Shown here piece by piece: positions 39,600-49,817 of a DNA stretch of 64,000 bases. The position numbers and the translations under genes were made by a program. The notes under the pieces are model-generated. The model saw only the letters and a list, made by a program, of their open reading frames with translations. It was not told where the DNA came from and did no database searches. Within the stretch, counting starts at the first letter, position 1. The number at the start of each line of letters is the position of its first letter. Source of the DNA: Acidobacteriota bacterium (GTDB lineage: Bacteria; Acidobacteriota; Vicinamibacteria; Vicinamibacterales; CAVVIG01); the NCBI GenBank assembly GCA_003222395.1, contig QHWB01000040.1:573-64572 (forward strand), given 5' to 3'.

Positions 39600-40484
39600 T
39601 CAAACGCACACTCTCAGCGCACCCGGATGCACGCGCGCCGTCAAGCTGGTTCCTCCGTTCACGACCTCGCCGTCCACGTGGAACGTCATCGGCTCGTCGC
39701 ACTCGATGGTGACGGCGGGCGCGCGGCGCGACGACCACACGGGAACGCGGTGGATCGACCGCGTCACGAGCCACGGCACACGGCAGAGTGACGCCGCACG
39801 AGACCGTTCTTCGACGACGACGACGTCGAGCAGACCGTCGTCGACGCGCGCGCCGCGCGCGATCAGGATCCGGTTTCCGAACTCGGTGCCGTTCGCGACG
39901 ACGACGAGGAGCGCCCGGACGGTGACACGCGTGCCGTTCGCGTCGATGACGTACTGGCGCGGACTGTACGAGAAGAGCGATCGCGCCGCCAGCATGACGT
40001 ACCCGCGCGCGCCGCGACGGCGGTTGTCGGGACGGTTGAACAGCGCCGCGACGTGCGCATCGAAGCCGATGCCGGCGACGTTCACGAACCGTTTGCCCTC
40101 GATTTCGCCGACGTCGATGAGACGCGCGTCGGCGCGCAGCGCGGCCGCGATCGCCGCGTCCGCGCGCCGGCTGACGTGAAGCTCCGTCGCCAGGCCGTTG
40201 CCCGAACCGCCAGGGACGATACCGAGCGGCACCTCCCCGAACGCGAGCGCCGATGCCACTTCGTTGATCGTTCCATCGCCGCCCCACGCGATCACGAGGC
40301 GCATACCGCGGTTGACGGCCGCGCCCGCCAGCTCGCGCGCATGGCCGCGCCGCTCCGTGATGAAGACCTCCGGGCGATCGCCATGGCGTTCGACGGCGTC
40401 GATCGCCAGCTGCGCGCGTGCGGGCGCGGTGTCCGCCCGCGCGCCGCCGGAGATGGGATTGATGATGATTGCGACGGAAGACAA
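39600..40484 (-). CDS. Diacylglycerol-kinase-family lipid kinase (YegS/BmrU-like)
   Basis: AIIINPISGG..., VIAWGGDGTINEV, LGIVPGGSGNGLA. 294 aa. Confidence 0.85.
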   Translation of the reverse strand: MSSVAIIINPISGGARADTAPARAQLAIDAVERHGDRPEVFITERRGHARELAGAAVNRGMRLVIAWGGDGTINEVASALAFGEVPLGIVPGGSGNGLATELHVSRRADAAIAAALRADARLIDVGEIEGKRFVNVAGIGFDAHVAALFNRPDNRRRGARGYVMLAARSLFSYSPRQYVIDANGTRVTVRALLVVVANGTEFGNRILIARGARVDDGLLDVVVVEERSRAASLCRVPWLVTRSIHRVPVWSSRRAPAVTIECDEPMTFHVDGEVVNGGTSLTARVHPGALRVCV

Positions 40485-40516
40485 ACCCGGGATTCAGCCG
40501 GAGCAAGCTCGGAATT

Positions 40517-40537
40517 GGCCCGAGCCAGGCTCGGGCC
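40517..40537 (-). terminator. GC hairpin immediately after the stop of the 40538..41053 gene
   Basis: GGCCCGAG (40517-40524) pairs with CTCGGGCC (40530-40537) across a 5-nt loop, abutting the TAG at 40538-40540. No U-tract follows, so the terminator function is doubtful. Confidence 0.3.
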
Positions 40538-41053
40538 CTACCTCAGAGGTAGACGACGAATCGTGTGGTCCGTCACGTCCGTGAGCTCGACGACGTCGGC
40601 GCCGATGGTCGTCACGACGTATCGAGCGGTGACGCTGTCTCCGACCTTGACGATGAACAGCTCGCCGTCGCCGGAAATGATCGCGCTGCGCACCGCGCCG
40701 TCGGGGCCGTCGTCTTCGGCAAGACCGACAAGCTTGAGCGAGGGCGCAATCATCGGCGGCGGCGCTTCGACGAGCGCAGCTTTCGGAGCCTCCGGCATCG
40801 ACGGCGCCGCGGCACGAGCCCCGGAATGAAAGGTGAAGAGGTTGCGGCCAGGCTGTCGCGGCGTCGCGTCCGGCCGAAGGCGCTCGTGCAGCCGCGCGAT
40901 CTCCTTCGAGAGATTCTCGCCACGCGCGTCGATCGGAGCATGCGTGACGATCGGAACGGATGCGATCTCGCGGTTCGACGTCGCCGCGCCCGCGAGCCAC
41001 GCGATCAGTGCGGCGCTGGTGACGACGAGCGTCAACGTGCGCTTCGCATTCAT
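40538..41053 (-). CDS. Hypothetical membrane-anchored protein (171 aa); the C-terminal beta-domain is vaguely PilP/GspC-like
   Basis: ATG 41053 gives MNAKRTLTLVVTSAALIAWLAGA (anchor), a Pro/Ala linker, then LKLVGLAEDDG...AIISGDGELFIVKVGDSVTARYVVTTIGADVVELTD. Confidence 0.55.
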   Translation of the reverse strand: MNAKRTLTLVVTSAALIAWLAGAATSNREIASVPIVTHAPIDARGENLSKEIARLHERLRPDATPRQPGRNLFTFHSGARAAAPSMPEAPKAALVEAPPPMIAPSLKLVGLAEDDGPDGAVRSAIISGDGELFIVKVGDSVTARYVVTTIGADVVELTDVTDHTIRRLPLR

Positions 41054-41093
41054 CAGGATCTCATCCGAATCGTAGCATGCGCTCTCCGGAGGT

Positions 41094-41894
41094 GTGCTAT
41101 TATTCGACGTGCACCCTTCGTCGACTGAGTCAAGGGTCGATTCGGTTCCTCCGCTCACCATCGTCGCCGTCATCCCCGCCCGATACGCCTCGACACGACT
41201 CCCCGGCAAGGTGCTCGCCGATCTCGATGGGCGTCCGATGATCGAGCACGTCTACCGGCGCGCGTCGTCGTCGTCGGTCGTGTCGCAAGTGATCGTCGCG
41301 ACCGACGATTTGCGGATCGCCACGCGCGTGAACGAGTTCGGCGGCAAGGTCCGACTCACGAAACCGACCCACGAGACCGGTACCGATCGGCTCGCGGAAG
41401 TCGCGGCGACGCTCGACTGCGACGTAGTCGTGAACGTGCAGGGCGACGAACCGCTCATCGACCCGATGGCCATCGCGGAGCTCGTTGCGCCGTTCAAAGC
41501 CGATCGGACGGTGCAGATGACGACGTTGTATCGGCGGATTCACGACGTCGCCGAGCTGAACAACCCGAACGTCACGAAAGTCGTCCTCGATCGCGGCGGA
41601 TTCGCCCTGTATTTCTCGCGCGCGCCAATCCCCTATCAGCGCGATCCGCGCGGCGGCTGGCCGCCGCTCTATCGACATATCGGTCTGTACGCCTACCGCC
41701 GCAGCACGCTGATGGTGCTGGCGACGCTCGAGCCGACGCCGCTCGAGCGTGCCGAGGCGCTCGAACAGTTGCGCGCGCTCGAGCACGGCATCCGCATCAA
41801 AGCGGTGGAAACGCGGTACGAATCGTTCGAAGTCAACACACCGGAGGATCTGAATCAGGTACGTCGCCTGCTTGCAGTGACATCGTCAAGCTGA
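41094..41894 (+). CDS. kdsB: 3-deoxy-manno-octulosonate cytidylyltransferase (CMP-Kdo synthetase)
   Basis: [40 protein letters not shown]. The start is GTG 41094 or GTG 41109; GGAGG at 41088-41092 is very close to the first. Confidence 0.9.
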   Translation: MLLFDVHPSSTESRVDSVPPLTIVAVIPARYASTRLPGKVLADLDGRPMIEHVYRRASSSSVVSQVIVATDDLRIATRVNEFGGKVRLTKPTHETGTDRLAEVAATLDCDVVVNVQGDEPLIDPMAIAELVAPFKADRTVQMTTLYRRIHDVAELNNPNVTKVVLDRGGFALYFSRAPIPYQRDPRGGWPPLYRHIGLYAYRRSTLMVLATLEPTPLERAEALEQLRALEHGIRIKAVETRYESFEVNTPEDLNQVRRLLAVTSSS

Positions 41895-43565
<1,671 letters not shown>

Positions 43566-43572
43566 TCGCAGC

Positions 43573-44427
43573 GTGATCCCCGTCAGCCTGGGAGAGATTT
43601 CCATCGGCGGCGGAAGCCCGCTCGTCCTGATCGCGGGTCCGTGCGTCATCGAGAGCGAGCAGCACGCGACCGAGCTGGCCGGCCGCCTCGTCGAAATCGC
43701 CCGCCGCGCGCGGATGCCGTTCATCTTCAAGGCGTCGTACGACAAAGCCAACCGCACGTCGGGAACATCGTTTCGCGGGCCGGGCCTCGACGAGGGATTG
43801 CGCGTGCTCGCGTCGATCAAATCGCGTCATCGCGTGCCGATTCTCACCGACGTTCACGAGAGCTCGCAGGCGAGCGCGGCCGCCGATGTCGCCGACGTGC
43901 TGCAGATTCCCGCGTTCCTCTCGCGCCAAACCGATCTCATCGTCGCCGCGGCGAAGACGGGGCGTGTCGTCAACATCAAGAAGGGCCCGTTTCTCGCGCC
44001 TGATGACGTCAGGCACGCGGTCGCAAAGGCGGTCGACGCCGGCAACCGACGCGTCATCGTCACCGAGCGCGGCACCAGCTTCGGGTACCACGATCTCGTC
44101 GTCGACATGCGGGCGTTTCCGATGATGCGTGCGCTGGGCGTGCCGATCGTGTTCGACGTCACGCACAGCCTGCAGCTGCCCGGCGGCGGCGATGGCGTGA
44201 CGGCGGGCCTGGCCGAGTACATCGAGCCGCTGGCGTCGGCCGGGGTCGCTGCGGGCGTCGACGGCGTGTTCCTCGAGGTGCACGAGGATCCGTCGCGGGC
44301 GAAGAGCGACGCGCAGAACGCGCTGCGGCTCGACAAGCTCGAAGCGCTCCTCGAACGGCTGGCCGACATCGACAGGATCGTCAAAAGATGTGAGGCGCCA
44401 CGCGGAGAGATGAAGATCCGTGGCTGA
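43573..44427 (+). CDS. kdsA: 3-deoxy-8-phosphooctulonate (Kdo8P) synthase
   Basis: GTG 43573. LIAGPCVIES, FKASYDKANRTS, IPAFLSRQTDL, DVTHSLQLPGG. Confidence 0.95.
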   Translation: MIPVSLGEISIGGGSPLVLIAGPCVIESEQHATELAGRLVEIARRARMPFIFKASYDKANRTSGTSFRGPGLDEGLRVLASIKSRHRVPILTDVHESSQASAAADVADVLQIPAFLSRQTDLIVAAAKTGRVVNIKKGPFLAPDDVRHAVAKAVDAGNRRVIVTERGTSFGYHDLVVDMRAFPMMRALGVPIVFDVTHSLQLPGGGDGVTAGLAEYIEPLASAGVAAGVDGVFLEVHEDPSRAKSDAQNALRLDKLEALLERLADIDRIVKRCEAPRGEMKIRG

Positions 44428-45394
44428 TCTCGAGCTCGCGAGAAAGGTTCTCCGGACGGAAGCAGCGGCGATCCTGGCGCTCGTCGAGCGGCTCGACGGC
44501 CGGTTCTCATGCGCCGTCGAATTGCTCCGCCAGTGCCGGGGACGCGTCATCCTGACCGGCATGGGCAAGTCGGGAATCATCTGTCGGAAGATCGCGGCGA
44601 CGCTGTCCAGCACCGGAACGCCGTCATTCTTCCTGCATCCTGCGGAAGCGATTCACGGCGATCTCGGCGTCATTCAGGGCAACGACGTCATCGTCGCCTT
44701 GTCCTACAGCGGCGAGACCGACGAGCTCTTGCGTCTGCTGGAAGCCATCCGGCGCCTTGGCGCGCGCCTGATCGTCATCACGGGGTGTCCGGCGTCGACG
44801 CTGGCGCAGGCCGCAGACGTCGCGCTCGACTGCGGCGTCGCCGAAGAGGCGTGCCCGATGAATCTCGTGCCGACGGCGAGCACGACGGCGGCGCTCGCGA
44901 TCGGCGACGCGCTGGCGATGACGCTGCTCGTCGAAAAAGGTTTTTGCGAAGAAGATTTCGCGCGGATGCATCCGGGCGGCAAGCTCGGCAAACGGCTCAT
45001 GCGCGTCGAAGCGCTGATGCACGCCGGCGCCCAATGTCCCGTCGTCCGCACCGACACGCGGATGCGCGACGTGATCTACGAGATGTCCAGCAAGAAGCTC
45101 GGCATGACCTGCGTCGTCGACGGCGCCGCTGACCGGGCAACGCTCGTCGGCATCATCACGGACGGCGACCTGCGACGGAAGATGGAACAGGCACCAGACA
45201 TCCTGTCGCTGCTTGCCGCCGACGTCATGACACGCAACCCGATCGCGGTGCCGCGCAGCATGTTCGCGGTCGAGGCGCTCAACATCATGGAACGCCATCA
45301 CATCACGGCGGTAGTGGTCGCCGACGGCGATCAGCAGAAACACGTCGCCGGCGTGGTTCACCTGCACGACCTCTGGCACACGGAGATGTTCTGA
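44420..45394 (+). CDS. kdsD: Arabinose-5-phosphate isomerase (SIS + tandem CBS; KdsD/KpsF)
   Basis: GRVILTGMGKSGIICRKIAATLSSTGTPSFFLHPAEAIHGDLG, followed by two CBS motifs. It overlaps kdsA by 8 nt. Confidence 0.93.
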   Translation: MADLELARKVLRTEAAAILALVERLDGRFSCAVELLRQCRGRVILTGMGKSGIICRKIAATLSSTGTPSFFLHPAEAIHGDLGVIQGNDVIVALSYSGETDELLRLLEAIRRLGARLIVITGCPASTLAQAADVALDCGVAEEACPMNLVPTASTTAALAIGDALAMTLLVEKGFCEEDFARMHPGGKLGKRLMRVEALMHAGAQCPVVRTDTRMRDVIYEMSSKKLGMTCVVDGAADRATLVGIITDGDLRRKMEQAPDILSLLAADVMTRNPIAVPRSMFAVEALNIMERHHITAVVVADGDQQKHVAGVVHLHDLWHTEMF

Positions 45395-45945
45395 TCACCG
45401 CACGAGCGGCGCGCATCAGACTGGTCCTGTTCGACGTCGACGGGGTGTTGACCGACGGAAGGATTCTGCTTCACGCGGATGGCACCGAGAGCAAGCAGTT
45501 CGACATCAAGGATGGAACGGGCATCGTGCTCGCGCAGCGCGCGGGACTGACGGTCGGGTTCCTCTCCGCGCGGATGTCGGCCGCGACGCACCAGCGCGCG
45601 ACGCAGCTGGGCGTCACGCTCTTGCACCAGGGCGTGCCGAGCAAAATCGAGACCTATGGACAGATCGTGGACGAGCTGCTGCTCGACGACGAGCAGGTCG
45701 CGTACATGGGCGATGACATCGTCGATCTGGCCGTACTCGCGCGCGTCGGCCTCGCCACGGCGCCCGCGGACGCGTCGCCGGACGTCCGCTCGCGCGTGCA
45801 CTGGGTGAGCCAGGCCGGCGGAGGCCGCGGCGCGGCACGCGAGCTGATCGAACTGATCCTGCGCGCACAGGACAAGTGGGCGCCGCTCGTGGCAGAGTAC
45901 GAGGCGCAGGGTGACGAAAGACAACGACACACGATAAAAAAATGA
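45391..45945 (+). CDS. kdsC: Kdo-8-phosphate phosphatase (HAD-IIIA); probable non-canonical CTG start
   Basis: The track ORF starts at GTG 45445 (VLTDG...). The in-frame upstream codons encode IRLVLFDVDG, which holds the HAD DxD nucleophile motif. There is no in-frame ATG/GTG/TTG between the stop at 45132 and 45445. CTG 45391 follows GGAG (45382-45385) and overlaps the kdsD TGA (CTGA). Downstream motifs GDDIVDL and GGRGAAREL match KdsC. Confidence 0.8.
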   Translation: MITARAARIRLVLFDVDGVLTDGRILLHADGTESKQFDIKDGTGIVLAQRAGLTVGFLSARMSAATHQRATQLGVTLLHQGVPSKIETYGQIVDELLLDDEQVAYMGDDIVDLAVLARVGLATAPADASPDVRSRVHWVSQAGGGRGAARELIELILRAQDKWAPLVAEYEAQGDERQRHTIKK

Positions 45946-47162
45946 ATGGGTATGCGCCCCTGCTCGCCGCGCTGGTCGCGCTGCTGGCGGGGCTCGCGAT
46001 CGGCAAGGCGTGGGAACGCTATAAGCTGCGCGACGGCCAATGGATCGATCGCCGCCGGGCGCGCGAATCTCCTCACTACATCCTGGGCCTCAACTTCCTC
46101 GTCTCGAATCAGATCGATCTCGCGATCGAGGAATTGAGCCGGGCGGCGAGCCTCGATCCGAACGCGCTCGAAGTGCACATGATCCTCGGCAACCTGTACC
46201 GCGAAAAAGGTCAGGTCGGCAAAGCGATCACCGTTCATCAGAATCTGCTGCAGCGTCCGCGGCTCAGCAGGCTCGAACACGCGTACGTGCTGCTCTGCCT
46301 CGGTCTCGACTACAAGCGCGGCGGATTCGTGGATCGCGCGCTCGAGGCGTTCAACGAAGTGCTGCGGCTCGATCAGCAGAACGAGTACGCGCTCCTCAAT
46401 CTTCAGAAGCTGCACGAGGAGCAGCATCAGTGGACCGAGGCTTACGACACGCGGCAGCGGCTCTCGAAGCTGACCACGACCGAAGCGCGGCCGCAGAGCC
46501 AGGCGATTCTCGCCTTCCTCGAGAACGAGATCGGACTCGAAGCCTTACGGCGCAAAGACTACTCGGAAGCGATTCGCCGCTTCGAAGGGGCGATCGATCT
46601 CGACGCGCGCGCCGTGCCAGCCTATCTGAACCTCGGCGACGTACGCATCGCGCAGGGCGACGACCGCGCGGCCGCGGCGATCTGGGAAAAATTGATCGAC
46701 GTCGCGCCGGATCGAGCCTACCTCGCCTTCGATCGACTCGAGGCGCTCGCCATTCGCACCGGGAATCCCGAGCGCTTCACGCGCCTCTGCCGCCGCCTCA
46801 TCGAGGAGAACGCGCAGGACTGGCGCGCCCGCCTCGCCCTTTCGCGTCACCTCGCGTCGAGCGGTCATCCGCGCGACGCGCTCGATCTGCTCTTCTCCGC
46901 CCTCGTGCAGAACCCGCATGCGTTGAGCATCCACCAGGCGATCTGGCGCGCGCTCGGGCAGCTGCACCATCCGCCGTCGCTCGTCGATCGCTACACCGAG
47001 CTGACGCAGCACGCGGTCTTCTATCTCGATCCGCACGTCTGCATGCGCTGCCGGTACCGCAGCACCGAGCTGTTGTGGCAGTGTCCGCACTGCCACGACT
47101 GGAACACCTTCGTCGAGGAGCGCATCGCGCCGGCGCAGGACACGACGGAAGTCGAAGTCTGA
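45942..47162 (+). CDS. lapB: Lipopolysaccharide assembly protein B (TPR + rubredoxin-like Zn finger)
   Basis: N-terminal TM anchor, TPR repeats, and a C-terminal CMRCRYRSTELLWQCPHCHDWNTF. Its ATG overlaps the kdsC stop (ATGA). Confidence 0.85.
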   Translation: MNGYAPLLAALVALLAGLAIGKAWERYKLRDGQWIDRRRARESPHYILGLNFLVSNQIDLAIEELSRAASLDPNALEVHMILGNLYREKGQVGKAITVHQNLLQRPRLSRLEHAYVLLCLGLDYKRGGFVDRALEAFNEVLRLDQQNEYALLNLQKLHEEQHQWTEAYDTRQRLSKLTTTEARPQSQAILAFLENEIGLEALRRKDYSEAIRRFEGAIDLDARAVPAYLNLGDVRIAQGDDRAAAAIWEKLIDVAPDRAYLAFDRLEALAIRTGNPERFTRLCRRLIEENAQDWRARLALSRHLASSGHPRDALDLLFSALVQNPHALSIHQAIWRALGQLHHPPSLVDRYTELTQHAVFYLDPHVCMRCRYRSTELLWQCPHCHDWNTFVEERIAPAQDTTEVEV

Positions 47163-47195
47163 ACTGGTTGCTGGTTGCCGGGGCTGGCGAGCCGG

Positions 47196-47792
47196 TCAGA
47201 TCGATCGAAGAGTGCTGATGACCTCGGTGACCTGGCGGTTGGTGTCGTCGAATGTGCCGTCTGTCCTGATCACGAAATGGGCGCCTGCGGCCTTTCGGTC
47301 CGTTGGCCACTGAGCGGCCAGACGCTGGCGCGCGTCGGCCTCGCTCATCCCGCGCTCGCGCAGGCGCGCGATCTGCATCTCCGGCGGGCAGACAGTGACG
47401 ATCACGCGATCGAAATCGTTGTCGTGGCCTGTCTCGAACAGCAGCGGCACATCGACGACGGCAAACGGGTACTGGTCGAGCCGCTCGAACCCGCGGATGC
47501 CGGCCGCGATCGCGCGATAGACCGCCGGATGCACGATCGCTTCGAGGTCGCGCCGCGCGGCGGGATCGGCAAACACGATCGGACCGAGCGTCGCGCGGTT
47601 CACCGATCCGTCTGGCGCGAGAACCTTGCGGCCGAATCGTTCGGCGATCGCCGCCGTCGCCTCGGTGCCGGCCGACATGATGCCGTGGACGAGCTCGTCT
47701 GAATCGAGACACGGTACGCCGTGCCTGCGAAACTGTTCGAGGACGTAGCTCTTGCCGGTGGCAATGCCGCCGGTCAGGGCGATTCGAAGCAT
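47196..47792 (-). CDS. coaE: Dephospho-CoA kinase
   Basis: MLRIALTGGIATGKSYV P-loop; 198 aa. A TATAAT hexamer (complement of 47827-47832) lies upstream. Confidence 0.92.
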   Translation of the reverse strand: MLRIALTGGIATGKSYVLEQFRRHGVPCLDSDELVHGIMSAGTEATAAIAERFGRKVLAPDGSVNRATLGPIVFADPAARRDLEAIVHPAVYRAIAAGIRGFERLDQYPFAVVDVPLLFETGHDNDFDRVIVTVCPPEMQIARLRERGMSEADARQRLAAQWPTDRKAAGAHFVIRTDGTFDDTNRQVTEVISTLRSI

Positions 47793-47860
47793 GGCGTCGC
47801 GGCGACCTTGAGTATTTCGATTCCGTATTATACGAAACCGGAGATCGCCTTACACGATTT

Positions 47861-48790
47861 TCATCCCCCGGCCCGTTGATTCGCAGCAGTGAGGGTGTTC
47901 TTCAGCAACATGACGACGGTGAGCGGGCCGACGCCGCCGGGAACGGGTGACAGCGCGCCGGCGACTTCGGCGACCTCGGGATGAACGTCGCCCACCGTCA
48001 GCGATCCCCGGCGCTCGAACGTTTCGCGTCGTCTGGACCCGGCGGGATAGATGCGTTCGACCGCCTGACGATCGCGGATTGCGGTGATGCCGACGTCGAC
48101 GACTGCGGCGCCCGGCTTCACGAACTCCGCGGTGACGAAGGCGGGGCGGCCGATCGCGGCCACGAGGATGTCGGCCTCTCGCGCGACGGCACGCAGGTTC
48201 GACGTGCGCGAATGACAAATCGTGACGGTGGCGTGGCGATGCAGCAGGAGCAGTGCCATCGGTTTGCCGACGATATCGCTCCGGCCGAGCACCGCGGCGC
48301 GCGCGCCGGCGATCGTCACGTGCGATCGCTCGAGCAGCTCGATGACGCCCGACGGCGTGCTCGCGACGAGCGCCGCCCGGTTCTGCACGAGATACCCGAC
48401 GTTGACGGGATGAAACCCGTCGACGTCCTTCGCGGGATCGAGCGCATCGAACACGCGTCGCTCGGCGTCGGCGCCCATCGCCTCCGGCAGCGGCGACTGC
48501 ACCAGGATGCCGTCGTGGACGTCGCTTCGATTCAACCGATCGACGACGCCGAGCAGCTGGTCGAGCGATGCCGTGGCCGGCAGGCGCTCGACGTCTGCCC
48601 GCAGTCCCGTCTCGCCCGCCGACTTCACCTTGCCGCGCACGTAGATCTCCGACGCCGGATCGTCGCCGACGAGGACGATCCCCAGACCCGGCGGACGTCC
48701 CGTCCGCGCCGTGAACGAAGCGACGGCGGGCGCGAGCTCGCTCCGGATCTGGTTCGCCACTGCCGTCCCGTCCAGCACTCGCGCGGGCAT
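47861..48790 (-). CDS. folD: Bifunctional methylenetetrahydrofolate dehydrogenase/cyclohydrolase
   Basis: LGIVLVGDDPASEIYVRGK, PLPE, VLGRSDIVGKPMALLL, PVPGGVGPLTV. Confidence 0.95.
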   Translation of the reverse strand: MPARVLDGTAVANQIRSELAPAVASFTARTGRPPGLGIVLVGDDPASEIYVRGKVKSAGETGLRADVERLPATASLDQLLGVVDRLNRSDVHDGILVQSPLPEAMGADAERRVFDALDPAKDVDGFHPVNVGYLVQNRAALVASTPSGVIELLERSHVTIAGARAAVLGRSDIVGKPMALLLLHRHATVTICHSRTSNLRAVAREADILVAAIGRPAFVTAEFVKPGAAVVDVGITAIRDRQAVERIYPAGSRRRETFERRGSLTVGDVHPEVAEVAGALSPVPGGVGPLTVVMLLKNTLTAANQRAGG

Positions 48791-49782
48791 TACCCCGCCG
48801 CCTCGGTTTCGAGTCGCTTGAGCGACGCAGGGCGACCCAGGACAACGAGCTTGTCGCTCGGCCCGATGAGCGTGTCGGGCTCCGGGTTGAATTCGATCTT
48901 CCCCGTCTGCCGCCGCTGGATGCCGACCACGATGACGCCGTAACGCTGCCGCAGGTTGGCGTTGAGAATCGACTGGTTCGCCAGAGCCGATGCCGCCGCG
49001 ATCGTGATCTCCTCCATCGCGAGTTCCAGATTGTCCGAGCTGGTCGCCAGCTCGACGAAATCGACGACCGCGGGACGGAGCGCGGTCTGCGCCATCTGCA
49101 TGCCGCCAATCTGGTAGGGGGAGATGACACGATCCGCGCCGGCGCGCTTCAGCTTCTGCGTCGCATCCTCGGTTTCCGCGCGGCCGACGATGAACAGGTC
49201 CGGCCGCATGACGCGCGCGCTGAGCACCGCGTACACGTTCTCCGCGTCGGTGCCGACGGCCGCGATCACCCCGCGCGCGCGGTCGATGCCGACGCGCTTG
49301 AGCACCTCTTCGCGGCTCGCGTCGGCTTCCACGGCGAGCGCGCCGTCTTCCATTGCCGCGTGCACGCGATCAGGATCGCGCTCGACGACGACGAACGGCA
49401 CCTGCTGCCGCTGAAACTGCTGCGCGACGATGCTGCCGATCCGGCCGTAGCCGCAGATGATGAAATGATCGGTGAGGGTTTCGAGCATACGTTGATGGCG
49501 GCGTCGCTGGAGCCGCTTCGGAAGGCCGCCCTCGACGACGACCGTCGCAAGCAGCGTGAAAGTGTACAAAGCCGCGCTGACGCCGGCGAGCAGCAGAGCG
49601 ACGGTGAAGATCTGGCCGGAGCGCGACATCGGCGGCAGGTCGACCGTGGTGATGCCGAGGATGGTCGTGTAGAACGCACGCCACAGCCCCCAGCCTTCCG
49701 TCCAGTGATAGCCGAGCGTGCCGAGGATGACGACCGAAACGAGAAGGGCGACCGCGAATGTCGGGCCTTGCGCCCGAAACAT
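48790..49782 (-). CDS. 2-TM ion channel with RCK (TrkA-N/TrkA-C) gating domains and a non-canonical selectivity filter
   Basis: From ATG 49782: TM1, a pore-helix-like WRAFYTTILGITTVDLPP, TM2, then FIICGYGRIGS (Rossmann RCK) and a TrkA-C-like tail. The filter reads TTVDLP where TVGYGD is expected. Its stop overlaps the folD ATG (TAATG). Confidence 0.8.
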   Translation of the reverse strand: MFRAQGPTFAVALLVSVVILGTLGYHWTEGWGLWRAFYTTILGITTVDLPPMSRSGQIFTVALLLAGVSAALYTFTLLATVVVEGGLPKRLQRRRHQRMLETLTDHFIICGYGRIGSIVAQQFQRQQVPFVVVERDPDRVHAAMEDGALAVEADASREEVLKRVGIDRARGVIAAVGTDAENVYAVLSARVMRPDLFIVGRAETEDATQKLKRAGADRVISPYQIGGMQMAQTALRPAVVDFVELATSSDNLELAMEEITIAAASALANQSILNANLRQRYGVIVVGIQRRQTGKIEFNPEPDTLIGPSDKLVVLGRPASLKRLETEAAG

Positions 49783-49817
49783 ACGGTCGCTCCGATCGGA
49801 AGCTGTCACGCGGCCGT

